Virus record (IMG/VR): IMGVR_UViG_3300011115_001056
Location: 1 to 64,000 of that record
Reading direction: 5' to 3' (one strand)
Length of the DNA stretch: 64,000 nt
Source: a virus
The stretch's first letter is position 1, and the number at the start of each line of letters is the position of its first letter. The translations under genes were made by a program, and so were the position numbers. This document shows, in pieces, positions 17,201 to 24,742 of this stretch. Below the pieces are notes generated by a model, which worked only from the letters and a program-made list of their open reading frames with translations, searched no databases and was not told the DNA's origin.

Positions 17201-17671
17201 ACCGAGGAATCAGCAAGATCTTCTGCCGATCTTTCAGTAATGAATGCACAGAAGGATAGACTCTTCGTTGCTCGCGTAGGTACATCTGGCTTTGCTGCCG
17301 CATCATCAGCTGATGGTATTGCACTTGACACTGTATCTGGAACATTAGTGAAAACAACAAACTTCAGGTTTGTAGAAGACGTTATTGAACTCAATCTTGG
17401 AACTGGTATGTACTCTGGTAAGGCAGGATTCCCTGTTTCATTCCAGGTATACATCAACGGTGTTCTACTTCGTCCAGTCATGGATGGCGCAACAAAGATT
17501 AAGACCTTTGAATCACCATCCTCAGTATCATTTACTGGAGCAACTGGCGAAGGTGACTTCGTCTTCTACAGAGCAGTCGGTGTTCCTCCAGCTTTTGCAA
17601 CTGGAAAGATTCACTTCGCATTTGCTCTCAAGGCCGGCGATGAAGTCCAGGTTCGCTACAACAACGGCTAA
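14249..17671 (+). CDS. Long coiled-coil fibre protein (head or neck fibre)
   Basis: GGAGG RBS; 41 18-aa repeats with E-x3-R-x3-D; central globular insert; C-terminal QVYINGVLL...DEVQVRY domain. Confidence 0.75.
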   Translation: MAGDANNSQAFIEVSYVDPLGDAWLGAQIFAEVGIETPITTGTYGSAAYTEIAIVGENAAVASKINLEISFDGSLGITQSNFAIEIAVQESVIDPIDPNQGNNNMARAFNTKISGDQITVEARAGVGTGGIDTNDAGALKADWSVVADKSSVEAAISAEAVTRGSADTSLTTRVSSEEVTRTSGDSSLTVAVSAEASSRVAGDSSLTVAVADEVSNRTAGDLSLTTRVSSEESARTAGDSSIALVVSAEVSARTSGDLSLTNRVSSEESARTAGDSSLTIAVSDEASFRVSGDLSLTVAVSNEESARTSGDLSLTTRVSSEESARTAGDSSLTIAVSNEASSRTSADLSLTGRVSSEEVARAGADSSIIVVVDAETSARTSGDLSLTNRVSSEESARTSGDLSLTGRLSTEEAARDAGDSSLTIAVSNEASARTSGDLSLTNRVSSEESARTSGDLSLTNALSSEASVRGSADVSLTTAVSNEASSRVAGDSSLVVALDLEASIRGSADTSLTSRVSSETVDRAAGDSSIIVRVSVIEAGLVAGVTWMGSYNTVSDLTSAMIALAPVLKSGGPAAFNAAGGTGSAVMEGWAYYVKGGNDAYIVVADPDGDLSISGWTGFSLVKFADFAEMAGIESSINSRVSTETSSRISADSSLTSRLSSEESARTAGDSSLVVALDLEASIRGSADSSIVVSLSSESSSRVAADGSLATAVSNEASSRVAGDSSLVVALSDEASLRTSADSSLTSRLSSEESARTAGDSSVVVLLDAEASLRTAADSSIMVLASAETSNRIAADGSLTTRLSDEEVSRAGADSSIMVLASAEKSERIAADGSLTTRLSSEESARTAGDSSVVVLLDAEASLRTSADSSIAAVASAEKSERIAADGSLTTRLSSEESVRGSADVSIVADLSSEASSRVAADGSLTTRLSNEESARTAGDSSLHVSLSNESAFRVSADGSLTTRLSSEESTRNSADVSLTTRVSTEESARSSADLSVMNAQKDRLFVARVGTSGFAAASSADGIALDTVSGTLVKTTNFRFVEDVIELNLGTGMYSGKAGFPVSFQVYINGVLLRPVMDGATKIKTFESPSSVSFTGATGEGDFVFYRAVGVPPAFATGKIHFAFALKAGDEVQVRYNNG
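14717..15850 (+). repeat. 21 tandem 54-bp (18-aa) repeats
   Basis: Units like SSEESARTAGDSSLTIAV; counted from the translation. Confidence 0.9.
16172..17251 (+). repeat. 20 tandem 54-bp (18-aa) repeats
   Basis: Units like SAEKSERIAADGSLTTRL; counted from the translation. Confidence 0.9.
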
Positions 17672-17697
17672 TCTTTAGTCTAGGCTGAATAAGCCGG

Positions 17698-17728
17698 GGG
17701 AGCGAGAGAAGTCTCGCTCCCTTTTTTT
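17698..17728 (+). terminator. Rho-independent terminator after fibre gene
   Basis: GGGAGCGAGA-gaag-TCTCGCTCCC followed by T7. Confidence 0.9.
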
Positions 17729-17760
17729 GCTAATATATCTTCTATATTTTAGGAGATATT

Positions 17761-18096
17761 ATGAAGGCAAAGACAAAGTTATCTGACTTAATTTCAAAAA
17801 TGAAAATTGCAAAAGAAGAAACAACAAAGGCTGTAGCTTATTCTGAAGGGTACCTAGATTGCATAAAAGATCTTCTTGGTGATGATTCAGGTGATCTTAG
17901 TAAAATAATGATGGTAAAGTACGATGGAAAAGTAAGAGGCGAGGTTTATTCTGAAATACTACCTGCTTTAGAAGATTTTGAAAAAGATGATAAATTTAAT
18001 TCAAATGTTGCAATAGAAGCTGCAGAGGAAGAATCTTCTGCAATGCACCCATCGGACCGGGCCAGAAGCTTCCTAGAGAGAATAGGGAGGGCATAA
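17761..18096 (+). CDS. Hypothetical protein
   Basis: 111-aa ORF, AGGAG RBS. Confidence 0.65.
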   Translation: MKAKTKLSDLISKMKIAKEETTKAVAYSEGYLDCIKDLLGDDSGDLSKIMMVKYDGKVRGEVYSEILPALEDFEKDDKFNSNVAIEAAEEESSAMHPSDRARSFLERIGRA

Positions 18097-18097
18097 T

Positions 18098-18412
18098 ATG
18101 CCGATATTTATAAAGCCACGAGAACAGATCTGCAATGAAAGAGCAGATTCTGATGCAGACTTTTATTATAGTCAATTTGCCGATCTTTTGATGCAGACAA
18201 ATAATGAAGAAAAAGATATGGAGACAAAACAAGAGCTCGTTAGGCTTTATAAATGGATTGCCAGGTATAAAGTCTTTGCATACAATTACCATACAAAAAA
18301 CTATATTCCAGGTGATGATATGTACCTAAAGAAAGAAGATGCTGCCGCATTTGGTGGTGGACCAAAAATTCCAAGAGCACCATTTTTACCAGTTTTTGAG
18401 GAAATTAAATAA
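18098..18412 (+). CDS. Hypothetical protein (possible fibre assembly factor)
   Basis: 104-aa ORF, GGAGG RBS, downstream of fibre gene; function is positional inference only. Confidence 0.55.
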   Translation: MPIFIKPREQICNERADSDADFYYSQFADLLMQTNNEEKDMETKQELVRLYKWIARYKVFAYNYHTKNYIPGDDMYLKKEDAAAFGGGPKIPRAPFLPVFEEIK

Positions 18413-18765
18413 TGCCAACAATAAATATCTTGACAAAGAAGGCTCCCTCTGGGGTTACAATTACCAATGGTACGGCAACAGACCTTGGAGATGCAATAAT
18501 AAGCTCTTCAATAAATGGTGTCGTATTTATGAGTGAGGATATATCAAAGCAGATTGGCTATTCTGGAAACTTTTTTAATACATCTTATAGTTACTTAACT
18601 CATAGTCTTGAAGTATTTATAAATGGAATGAAACTTTCTCCAGGATTTGATTACGAAGAAAATTTAGATTCAAATGGATTCAATTTAATTGAAATAAACG
18701 CAAATTTTCAAAAATGGATTAATTCCGGAACCTGTATAGTTGTAAAATATATTAAGGTTAGCTGA
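18412..18765 (+). CDS. Small virion structural domain protein
   Basis: LEVFINGMKLSPGFDYEE...IVVKY resembles the C-terminal domain of the fibre; coupled by TAATG overlap. Confidence 0.6.
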   Translation: MPTINILTKKAPSGVTITNGTATDLGDAIISSSINGVVFMSEDISKQIGYSGNFFNTSYSYLTHSLEVFINGMKLSPGFDYEENLDSNGFNLIEINANFQKWINSGTCIVVKYIKVS

Positions 18766-19831
18766 TATTTTCAACTAAATCTATATATCCTTTTATATTT
18801 TTTTCATTCTCCACTGAAAACTTAAACAAAACCTCTTCTGCTGATTTTTTATAAGAAGTAATATTATCATCGTGAGTTAATATTGCTTCTTTTATTTTTT
18901 CAACACAAGTTGTTGCATCAAATCCCTTATAAAAATATCCGGCATCCATACAGGCTTCGCTATTATGAATTACTGGTACGCCGGTATATAGCCCCTCAAG
19001 AACTAGATAATTTAAATCACAGTAGAACTGGTGAGATAGTATCGTTCCGACAAATCCTTTTGCTAGCATATTCGGCATTGGGTATCTTGCCTCTACCGAT
19101 AATTTTTTGTTATTAAATAAATCAAAATTGTTTGCTATTTCTTTAAATTTTTCATTTTCTTTTAAGGAAAGGCCATTAAAAATCAAAACTTCTTTAATTA
19201 AATCTTTATTTTCTCTTTCTAATTTTTCAAGAGATATTATTGGATAAATTGCTGTTTTTATAATATTTATATTTGATTCAAATATTCCAATTTTATTTAT
19301 ATTTTTGGAGTTTTTATAAAATGGATCAAGCTTGTTTTGCTCGCAATATTTATTAAATATTTTCGGATCCCAAATATATGGACAAATACTGACTTTACCT
19401 TTTGATGTGACTTCAACAAATCCTTTAGAAAATTCAAAATGTGGAGAAATCCAGGTATCTAATCCTCCTCGATTAACTGCAGGATAACTTGTTGGATTTA
19501 AAATCATATCTTCTTGCATTAACATTAAAATATTTCCATAGTTTATTGTTAATACTTTTACACCATTTTTTAAGGCATAATCTAGAAGACTATCTGTTAC
19601 TGAATAGCAGACCTCAATAACAATATCGTATTCTTTTATTGTGTCCATATTAAGAATTTTTATTTCAAATTCTTCTATTTTTTTTCCGGCCTCTTCAAAC
19701 TGAGAAACTGCATCAACTTTGTAACCACATTTTTGTAGTAATCCAATTAAAAAATAAGAATTTTGAGTTAGGCCATTTGACCAAATCCTAGAAGAGTCTT
19801 TGCATGTAATTGCTATTTTAAATTTACTCAT
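18758..19831 (-). CDS. DUF2827-like putative GT-B glycosyltransferase
   Basis: IWSNGLTQNSYFL, INYGN, PYIWDP, IFESNINIIK...P, SHQF..LNY..LE.LY.G.P.IHNS....AGYFY. Confidence 0.7.
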   Translation of the reverse strand: MSKFKIAITCKDSSRIWSNGLTQNSYFLIGLLQKCGYKVDAVSQFEEAGKKIEEFEIKILNMDTIKEYDIVIEVCYSVTDSLLDYALKNGVKVLTINYGNILMLMQEDMILNPTSYPAVNRGGLDTWISPHFEFSKGFVEVTSKGKVSICPYIWDPKIFNKYCEQNKLDPFYKNSKNINKIGIFESNINIIKTAIYPIISLEKLERENKDLIKEVLIFNGLSLKENEKFKEIANNFDLFNNKKLSVEARYPMPNMLAKGFVGTILSHQFYCDLNYLVLEGLYTGVPVIHNSEACMDAGYFYKGFDATTCVEKIKEAILTHDDNITSYKKSAEEVLFKFSVENEKNIKGYIDLVENIS

Positions 19832-20913
19832 TTTATAACACTCTCTATAAGTTCTCTTGTTCTTTCTTGATTTTTTTCATTATATATAGAGACATCTTCT
19901 AATTTTGCCTCATATGATTCTACATGCTTTAGCTGGTCAAAATCTTCTATGGCAGCAAGAAGCTGATCTGATCCTATATTGATATTAAACTCTGGATAAT
20001 AATATCCTACATCTTTAAATAAAGGACTATTGTGAACTAAGGCTCTTTTATAAAAGAGTGTTTCTAAATATACATAATTTTGTTCGTTAAAAAGCTGCGT
20101 TGACACAATCGTATTTGCAAGATTTTCTTTAAATATTTTATAAAAAGGATATCTCGCCTCATAAGAAGAAATTTTATTTTTATGTATATTTAAATATTTT
20201 ATATAGTTTAAAAATACGTTATTTTTTTCAAGCATTTTTGATCCAAAACAATAGACTTCTTTTACTAAGTCTTTATTTTTATCATATGCCATATCACAAA
20301 CTGCAAGAGGAACCATACAATTCTTTAGAATATTCATATTTGGCTCTACTATTGCTATCTTTTTAAAGTCATCTTTTTTTACAAGCATATCTTGATTATG
20401 AAAACCACCATCATGTGTTCTTAATATTGAGGAGTCCCAAATATAAGGAATTACTTTTACTTCAGATCTCGTAAGAACTTCTATATAATCTTTAAATTTA
20501 TAGAACTGTTCAGACACCCAAATCTCTCTATTTCTGAATGGCAAATTTGTTCCTGTTGCCATATTTGCAGCATCAGAATTTTTCTTAATAAATTTTTCTA
20601 AATCTAACATAAAGTTATTTCCATACTTTATAGAAATAAGTGGCTTGCCTGTACTATTGTAATAGTTAGTTAGTTTATCACTAAGTGGATGAGCAACTTC
20701 TAAAATAATATCAAGTTTTTTAATAGAGTATATATCTGCCTGTTCAATTGAAACGTCTAAAAGTTTTTTTGCTCCAGGAGATTCTGATATTAAATATGGC
20801 TCATATTTCATATCTTCTAACATTTTATATAGAAAATATATGTTTTGGTCTAACCCATTAGACCAAATACTTGCCTCATCTCTTGTGGTTATTCCAACTT
20901 TTAATTTGTTCAT
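19828..20913 (-). CDS. DUF2827-like putative GT-B glycosyltransferase (paralog)
   Basis: SIWSNGLDQNIYFL, IKYGN, PYIWDS, VEPNMNILK...P, STQL.NEQNY.YLE....LVHNS...DVGYYYP; ATGA overlap with the paralog. Confidence 0.7.
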   Translation of the reverse strand: MNKLKVGITTRDEASIWSNGLDQNIYFLYKMLEDMKYEPYLISESPGAKKLLDVSIEQADIYSIKKLDIILEVAHPLSDKLTNYYNSTGKPLISIKYGNNFMLDLEKFIKKNSDAANMATGTNLPFRNREIWVSEQFYKFKDYIEVLTRSEVKVIPYIWDSSILRTHDGGFHNQDMLVKKDDFKKIAIVEPNMNILKNCMVPLAVCDMAYDKNKDLVKEVYCFGSKMLEKNNVFLNYIKYLNIHKNKISSYEARYPFYKIFKENLANTIVSTQLFNEQNYVYLETLFYKRALVHNSPLFKDVGYYYPEFNINIGSDQLLAAIEDFDQLKHVESYEAKLEDVSIYNEKNQERTRELIESVIK

Positions 20914-20925
20914 GTTGCTCTCATA

Positions 20926-20933
20926 TATTAATA
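20926..20933. promoter_or_regulatory. Palindromic TATTAATA in divergent intergenic gap
   Basis: Matches TRYTAAT on both strands between 20913(-) and 20962(+). Confidence 0.4.
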
Positions 20934-20961
20934 ACTATCCCTAATAGTAGGTGAAATAATA

Positions 20962-21282
20962 ATGGCAACAGGAAATTATCTACTAGGTGCTACAGTCAAA
21001 ATTCCAATACAACTCACAATAGACAGTATTCCATATTCTGGATATACTCCTATTGTTGAAAAAATAATAAAACCAAATGGAACACTTGTCGCTGGTCTGC
21101 CCATAAACTCTACGGTAATAGATGAAAGTTCTGCCATGTATTCTTTCTCTTTTGTCCCAGATCTTGTTGGAGATTATATTGTTATAATAAAAAACACAAT
21201 AGACGGACAGGATTATTATGCTCATGATAATTTTACAGTTACAAATGGAATAAAGTCAGCACCAAGGGCGGAGCCTAAATAA
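20962..21282 (+). CDS. Small Ig-like virion protein
   Basis: AGGTG RBS; beta-sandwich pattern I.KPNG...YSFSF.PD.VGDY.V. Confidence 0.55.
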   Translation: MATGNYLLGATVKIPIQLTIDSIPYSGYTPIVEKIIKPNGTLVAGLPINSTVIDESSAMYSFSFVPDLVGDYIVIIKNTIDGQDYYAHDNFTVTNGIKSAPRAEPK

Positions 21283-22190
21283 TGGCAAATACAAGAAATA
21301 AAGCAATTAGAGGACAGGATGTAGTTCTCTCAATTCAATACTACGGTATTGACGGTCTTCCTACCAATACTGACGCTACACCAGAAATAACAATAAAAGA
21401 CCTGCAGTCAACAACTGTTATTGGACCAACTTCTTTGGGAGTATCTAGAGTAGATATAGGCTTATATAACTATACCTATTCTGTTCCTAAGCTAGCAGAC
21501 AAGGGAAATTGGTCTGATACCTGGTCTGCTACAGTCTCTGGAATAAATGTACAGAACGTTTTTCAATTCCTTATAGTTGATGAGGCATCTTCTACTGCAG
21601 GAACAATTCGACTTGGTGACGATGTTGCATTTGATTTTAATGAGGCAGAACTATTAGGAATAAATACTCTGCTAAAGTTTCTAAAAGCAAGGCTTAGAAA
21701 TGATGGAAAGAAGCCACTTAGAGACCAATTTGGTGCAATAGTATATGATGCCTATGGAGATATTGTTACCGAAGAATGTAATGTTTTTTCCGATGATCTT
21801 TTGGTCTGCTTTCTTTGCCAGGCTTTATCAGAATTTAATATGGTTCCATTCTTTACTGGATTTTTATTTTCCGATCAGGTCATCTACAAACTATTTGCAG
21901 CGGCAATTGTCGAGGGAGCTTATGTCTTTGCAGTAGCTTCTCAGGCCTTAGTAGAGAAGGGAAGAGATTTCACAATTAGTGATGGTGGGCTGAGTTATCA
22001 GCCACCAATGCTCGGTGATTTTTTACAAAGTCATTATGGAACATGGCTAACCAGCTACAGAGAAAGATTGAAATTTATTAAGAATAGCATCAGACCTGGA
22101 CCAAGAAGCTTTGGAACTTATAGCAATCTGAGCAGTGGTTCTCCCGCTTTTACGCGCCTTCGCCATGTTCGATCTAGACAGGTTTATTAG
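21282..22190 (+). CDS. Putative neck / head-tail adaptor protein with N-terminal Ig-like domain
   Basis: FSDD.L..FL..ALSEFN..P.FT; E.GRDF.ISD.G.SYQPP; position between head and tail genes. Confidence 0.6.
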   Translation: MANTRNKAIRGQDVVLSIQYYGIDGLPTNTDATPEITIKDLQSTTVIGPTSLGVSRVDIGLYNYTYSVPKLADKGNWSDTWSATVSGINVQNVFQFLIVDEASSTAGTIRLGDDVAFDFNEAELLGINTLLKFLKARLRNDGKKPLRDQFGAIVYDAYGDIVTEECNVFSDDLLVCFLCQALSEFNMVPFFTGFLFSDQVIYKLFAAAIVEGAYVFAVASQALVEKGRDFTISDGGLSYQPPMLGDFLQSHYGTWLTSYRERLKFIKNSIRPGPRSFGTYSNLSSGSPAFTRLRHVRSRQVY

Positions 22191-22212
22191 TTCCTGGCGA
22201 ATTATTGAAATC

Positions 22213-22219
22213 TATTAAT
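22213..22219 (+). promoter_or_regulatory. Candidate late promoter TATTAAT
   Basis: Upstream of LAGLIDADG gene. Confidence 0.45.
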
Positions 22220-22249
22220 ATAAAATCATAATGTGAAGGATGGTGCATT

Positions 22250-23410
22250 ATGAAAAAAAATAGTTATCTAAAGAATATCTTAACAAAAGAATTACTTGAA
22301 AAAGAATTTGCAGAATTAAAAAGTTCTAAAGCTATAGGAAGAAAACTTGGTATTTCTGGAGAAACAATCTCGCGTTATATGGAAGATTTAGGATTAATTC
22401 CAAATAAAAAATTAAGCTATAATTGTAACCACAATATATTCTCTATTGATACGGAACAATCATTTTATCTTGCCGGCTTTATTGCTGCTGATGGATGTAT
22501 TAAATCCAAAAAAGGAACAACAAGCAGAAGCCTTTATATTGGGCTATCAGGTAAGGATAGGTCGCATCTTGAGAAAATTAGGGCTGCACTCGGAGCAGAG
22601 CATCCAATTTGTGACTATGTGGTAAAAAACTCAAAAAAAAATTCAAACTGGAATGATTCGCCCGCAAGCTCGCTGACGGTCACCTCCGCACAAATCTACC
22701 AGGATCTCCAGCGTTTCAATATTACGGAAAGAAAAACTCACACTCTAACCTTTTCAGACTGGATGAAAGATCATCCACTTCGCCACCACTTTATCAGAGG
22801 CTATATTGATGGAGATGGATCTTTCTACCATGCTTTAGGAAAAGGAAAAAAGGTCAAACAAGTTTTCTTTTCTGTCAGAGGCACCGCCCAATTTCTCACC
22901 TCCCTCCGCTCCATCTTAGAGGCCGATCTTAATCTAGAGGAAAGAACAAAAGATATAAGATTCAACGGTGGCATTGGGGTTCTGGAGTATGGCGGAAATC
23001 GACTCTGCAAGGCTCTGGCCGAATATCTCTATGAGGACGCTACTATCTGCCTTGAGCGAAAGAAAGAGGCTGCATTTGCATTCCAGGGCTGGGATACGAA
23101 GGAGTTTTTTGAGGACAAGGGAATCTCAAAAGAGGTCCTTGAGGAATCATACTTGAGAACTAAAAGCATTTCAAAGACAGCCGCAGAACTAAAGCTAACT
23201 ATGGGAACGACCTATAATTACCTCTTAAAAAATAAGATTCAAATCTTTGAATCTCCGCAAGCTAAGAAAGAAAAGCTTTCATCAGCCTGCACCCCAGAGG
23301 CACTAAAAGATTCTTACAATAATCACAAAACAATTTCAGGTGTAGCAAGGGAATTTGGCATAGGAAAAACAACAGCAACAAGATATTTAAAGTCTGTGGG
23401 GATTATCTAA
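22250..23410 (+). CDS. Free-standing LAGLIDADG homing endonuclease with HTH repeats
   Basis: Two motifs YLAGFIAADG and FIRGYIDGDG; CLERK; one N-terminal and two C-terminal HTH-like segments. Confidence 0.9.
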   Translation: MKKNSYLKNILTKELLEKEFAELKSSKAIGRKLGISGETISRYMEDLGLIPNKKLSYNCNHNIFSIDTEQSFYLAGFIAADGCIKSKKGTTSRSLYIGLSGKDRSHLEKIRAALGAEHPICDYVVKNSKKNSNWNDSPASSLTVTSAQIYQDLQRFNITERKTHTLTFSDWMKDHPLRHHFIRGYIDGDGSFYHALGKGKKVKQVFFSVRGTAQFLTSLRSILEADLNLEERTKDIRFNGGIGVLEYGGNRLCKALAEYLYEDATICLERKKEAAFAFQGWDTKEFFEDKGISKEVLEESYLRTKSISKTAAELKLTMGTTYNYLLKNKIQIFESPQAKKEKLSSACTPEALKDSYNNHKTISGVAREFGIGKTTATRYLKSVGII

Positions 23411-23435
23411 TACTAATATAATATCGATATAGACT

Positions 23436-23855
23436 ATGGATCCCTTAAACTTAATAATAAGTGCTTTAATTGAGAAAGGTGGAATCTGGGGAGTAATCGC
23501 CTCGGCTCTATTCTTTTGGAATATTCATAAGGAATCATCCCTATCAAAAAAAGAAAATAAAACACAAGACTCTATAAAGATAATTCAAGAGAGCACCGAG
23601 AAAAAAGAAAGGGAGCTAAAAGAAGCTTTTGAAAAAAAAGAAAAATATTTAAGAGAAAAAATAGAAGAGCTGGAGAAGATCATAAGCAACCAACAGGAAA
23701 CAGTCCATAGACTGTCTCGGGATATTTGTGATTTGGAAAGAGATAGAGTAGAGGATCTTAAGGAGTTGTTATCTGAGTACCATTCTACTGCTTCCGCTAC
23801 ACTTCAAGCTCTAGAAAAATTTGAATTTTTTATAACCAACAGCAAGCGGGTGTAG
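23436..23855 (+). CDS. Membrane-anchored coiled-coil protein (holin-like candidate)
   Basis: N-terminal hydrophobic GGIWGVIASALFFW then charged coiled coil. Confidence 0.45.
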   Translation: MDPLNLIISALIEKGGIWGVIASALFFWNIHKESSLSKKENKTQDSIKIIQESTEKKERELKEAFEKKEKYLREKIEELEKIISNQQETVHRLSRDICDLERDRVEDLKELLSEYHSTASATLQALEKFEFFITNSKRV

Positions 23856-23858
23856 ATC

Positions 23859-24065
23859 GTGAGAAATTTAAATATTTTAGAAAATAAAGAAATTTTTGAG
23901 TTAAAAAAGAAATGTAAAGTAGTACAAGAGAAGATATCTAGAGTAGTTGAGAAGATCCCTGTTGGAAATACAAACATTATAGAGCTTAATTTAAAAAAAG
24001 ATAGTTTGCAAGATAACAAAGAGCGTACAAAAGAAAATGATCTCCCCGGAAACATGCACAATTGA
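23859..24065 (+). CDS. Hypothetical protein
   Basis: 68-aa ORF (GTG) filling the gap between co-oriented genes. Confidence 0.35.
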   Translation: MRNLNILENKEIFELKKKCKVVQEKISRVVEKIPVGNTNIIELNLKKDSLQDNKERTKENDLPGNMHN

Positions 24066-24231
24066 ATATTTAGGGTTTGAGAAGCCCAAGAATCCTGATG
24101 AGCTAAAGATAGAGATTGCAGGCTTAGAGCACCTGATTGCAAAGGCTGGAGAGAAAATTGCCGCACTAAAACAGAGTTTAGTTTTGGCAGAGATTATAAT
24201 TGCTGAAGAGGCGAGAGGGGAGAAAAAATGA
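24037..24231 (+). CDS. Hypothetical small coiled-coil protein
   Basis: 64-aa ORF, ATGA overlap with next gene. Confidence 0.5.
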   Translation: MISPETCTIEYLGFEKPKNPDELKIEIAGLEHLIAKAGEKIAALKQSLVLAEIIIAEEARGEKK

Positions 24232-24734
24232 TTGAAATTTTTGCAGCAAAAAAGAAAAAGTTAGAATCTAGAACAAAATTAGTTGCAAGGCTCAAGCAGT
24301 TTTTAAAGGCAGATGAGACTTTTCAAGATCTCTGCAAGGAATATGGTCAGAATACTGGTATTTTAGAGGGGATTCCTGTAGTATTTACTAGTGACTTGGA
24401 TGTTACGGCTAAAACTATAGACGCCAAGGTCTTTTTAAGCTCCTCTCTTCTTGATGAAAAGATGGAAATAATTGCAAGATATCTTCTTCATGAACTTACC
24501 CATTGTTTTCAGCATATGAAAAAAGAGGGCGAGAAAAAAGTTAAAAAAGAAAAAATTTATCTTAATCGTCCAGAAGAACTTGAGGCTTTTCAATATCAGA
24601 TAAAGTTTGATGCCGATAAAAGATCTGATAAAAAAGTTAATGAATATGTTAATGATTTGCTCTCTTATCATAAAATTCCAAAAGAAAAAAGATCAGGAAA
24701 GAAAGAAGAGCTAATGAAAAAGATGAAAGAATAG
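24228..24734 (+). CDS. Putative zinc metallopeptidase (HExxH)
   Basis: YLLHELTHCFQH plus downstream YLNRPEELEAF. Confidence 0.6.
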   Translation: MIEIFAAKKKKLESRTKLVARLKQFLKADETFQDLCKEYGQNTGILEGIPVVFTSDLDVTAKTIDAKVFLSSSLLDEKMEIIARYLLHELTHCFQHMKKEGEKKVKKEKIYLNRPEELEAFQYQIKFDADKRSDKKVNEYVNDLLSYHKIPKEKRSGKKEELMKKMKE

Positions 24735-24735
24735 C

Positions 24736-24742
24736 TATTAAT
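24736..24742 (+). promoter_or_regulatory. Candidate late promoter TATTAAT
   Basis: Directly after the preceding stop, upstream of 24769. Confidence 0.5.

Noticed and set aside
14717-17251. Possible CRISPR array or DGR-type repeats
   Set aside because: Repeats are contiguous, degenerate, in-frame 54-bp coding units with no spacers, and no cas or reverse transcriptase gene is present
14596-17481. Long antisense ORFs (420 aa and 485 aa) opposite the fibre gene
   Set aside because: Shadow frames caused by the repeats and biased codons of the sense gene; no RBS, and they mirror the repeat period
22191-23435. Group I intron or intein hosting the LAGLIDADG ORF
   Set aside because: Flanking genes look complete with their own stops and starts; no intein terminal residues, and the short flanks leave no room for a ribozyme core
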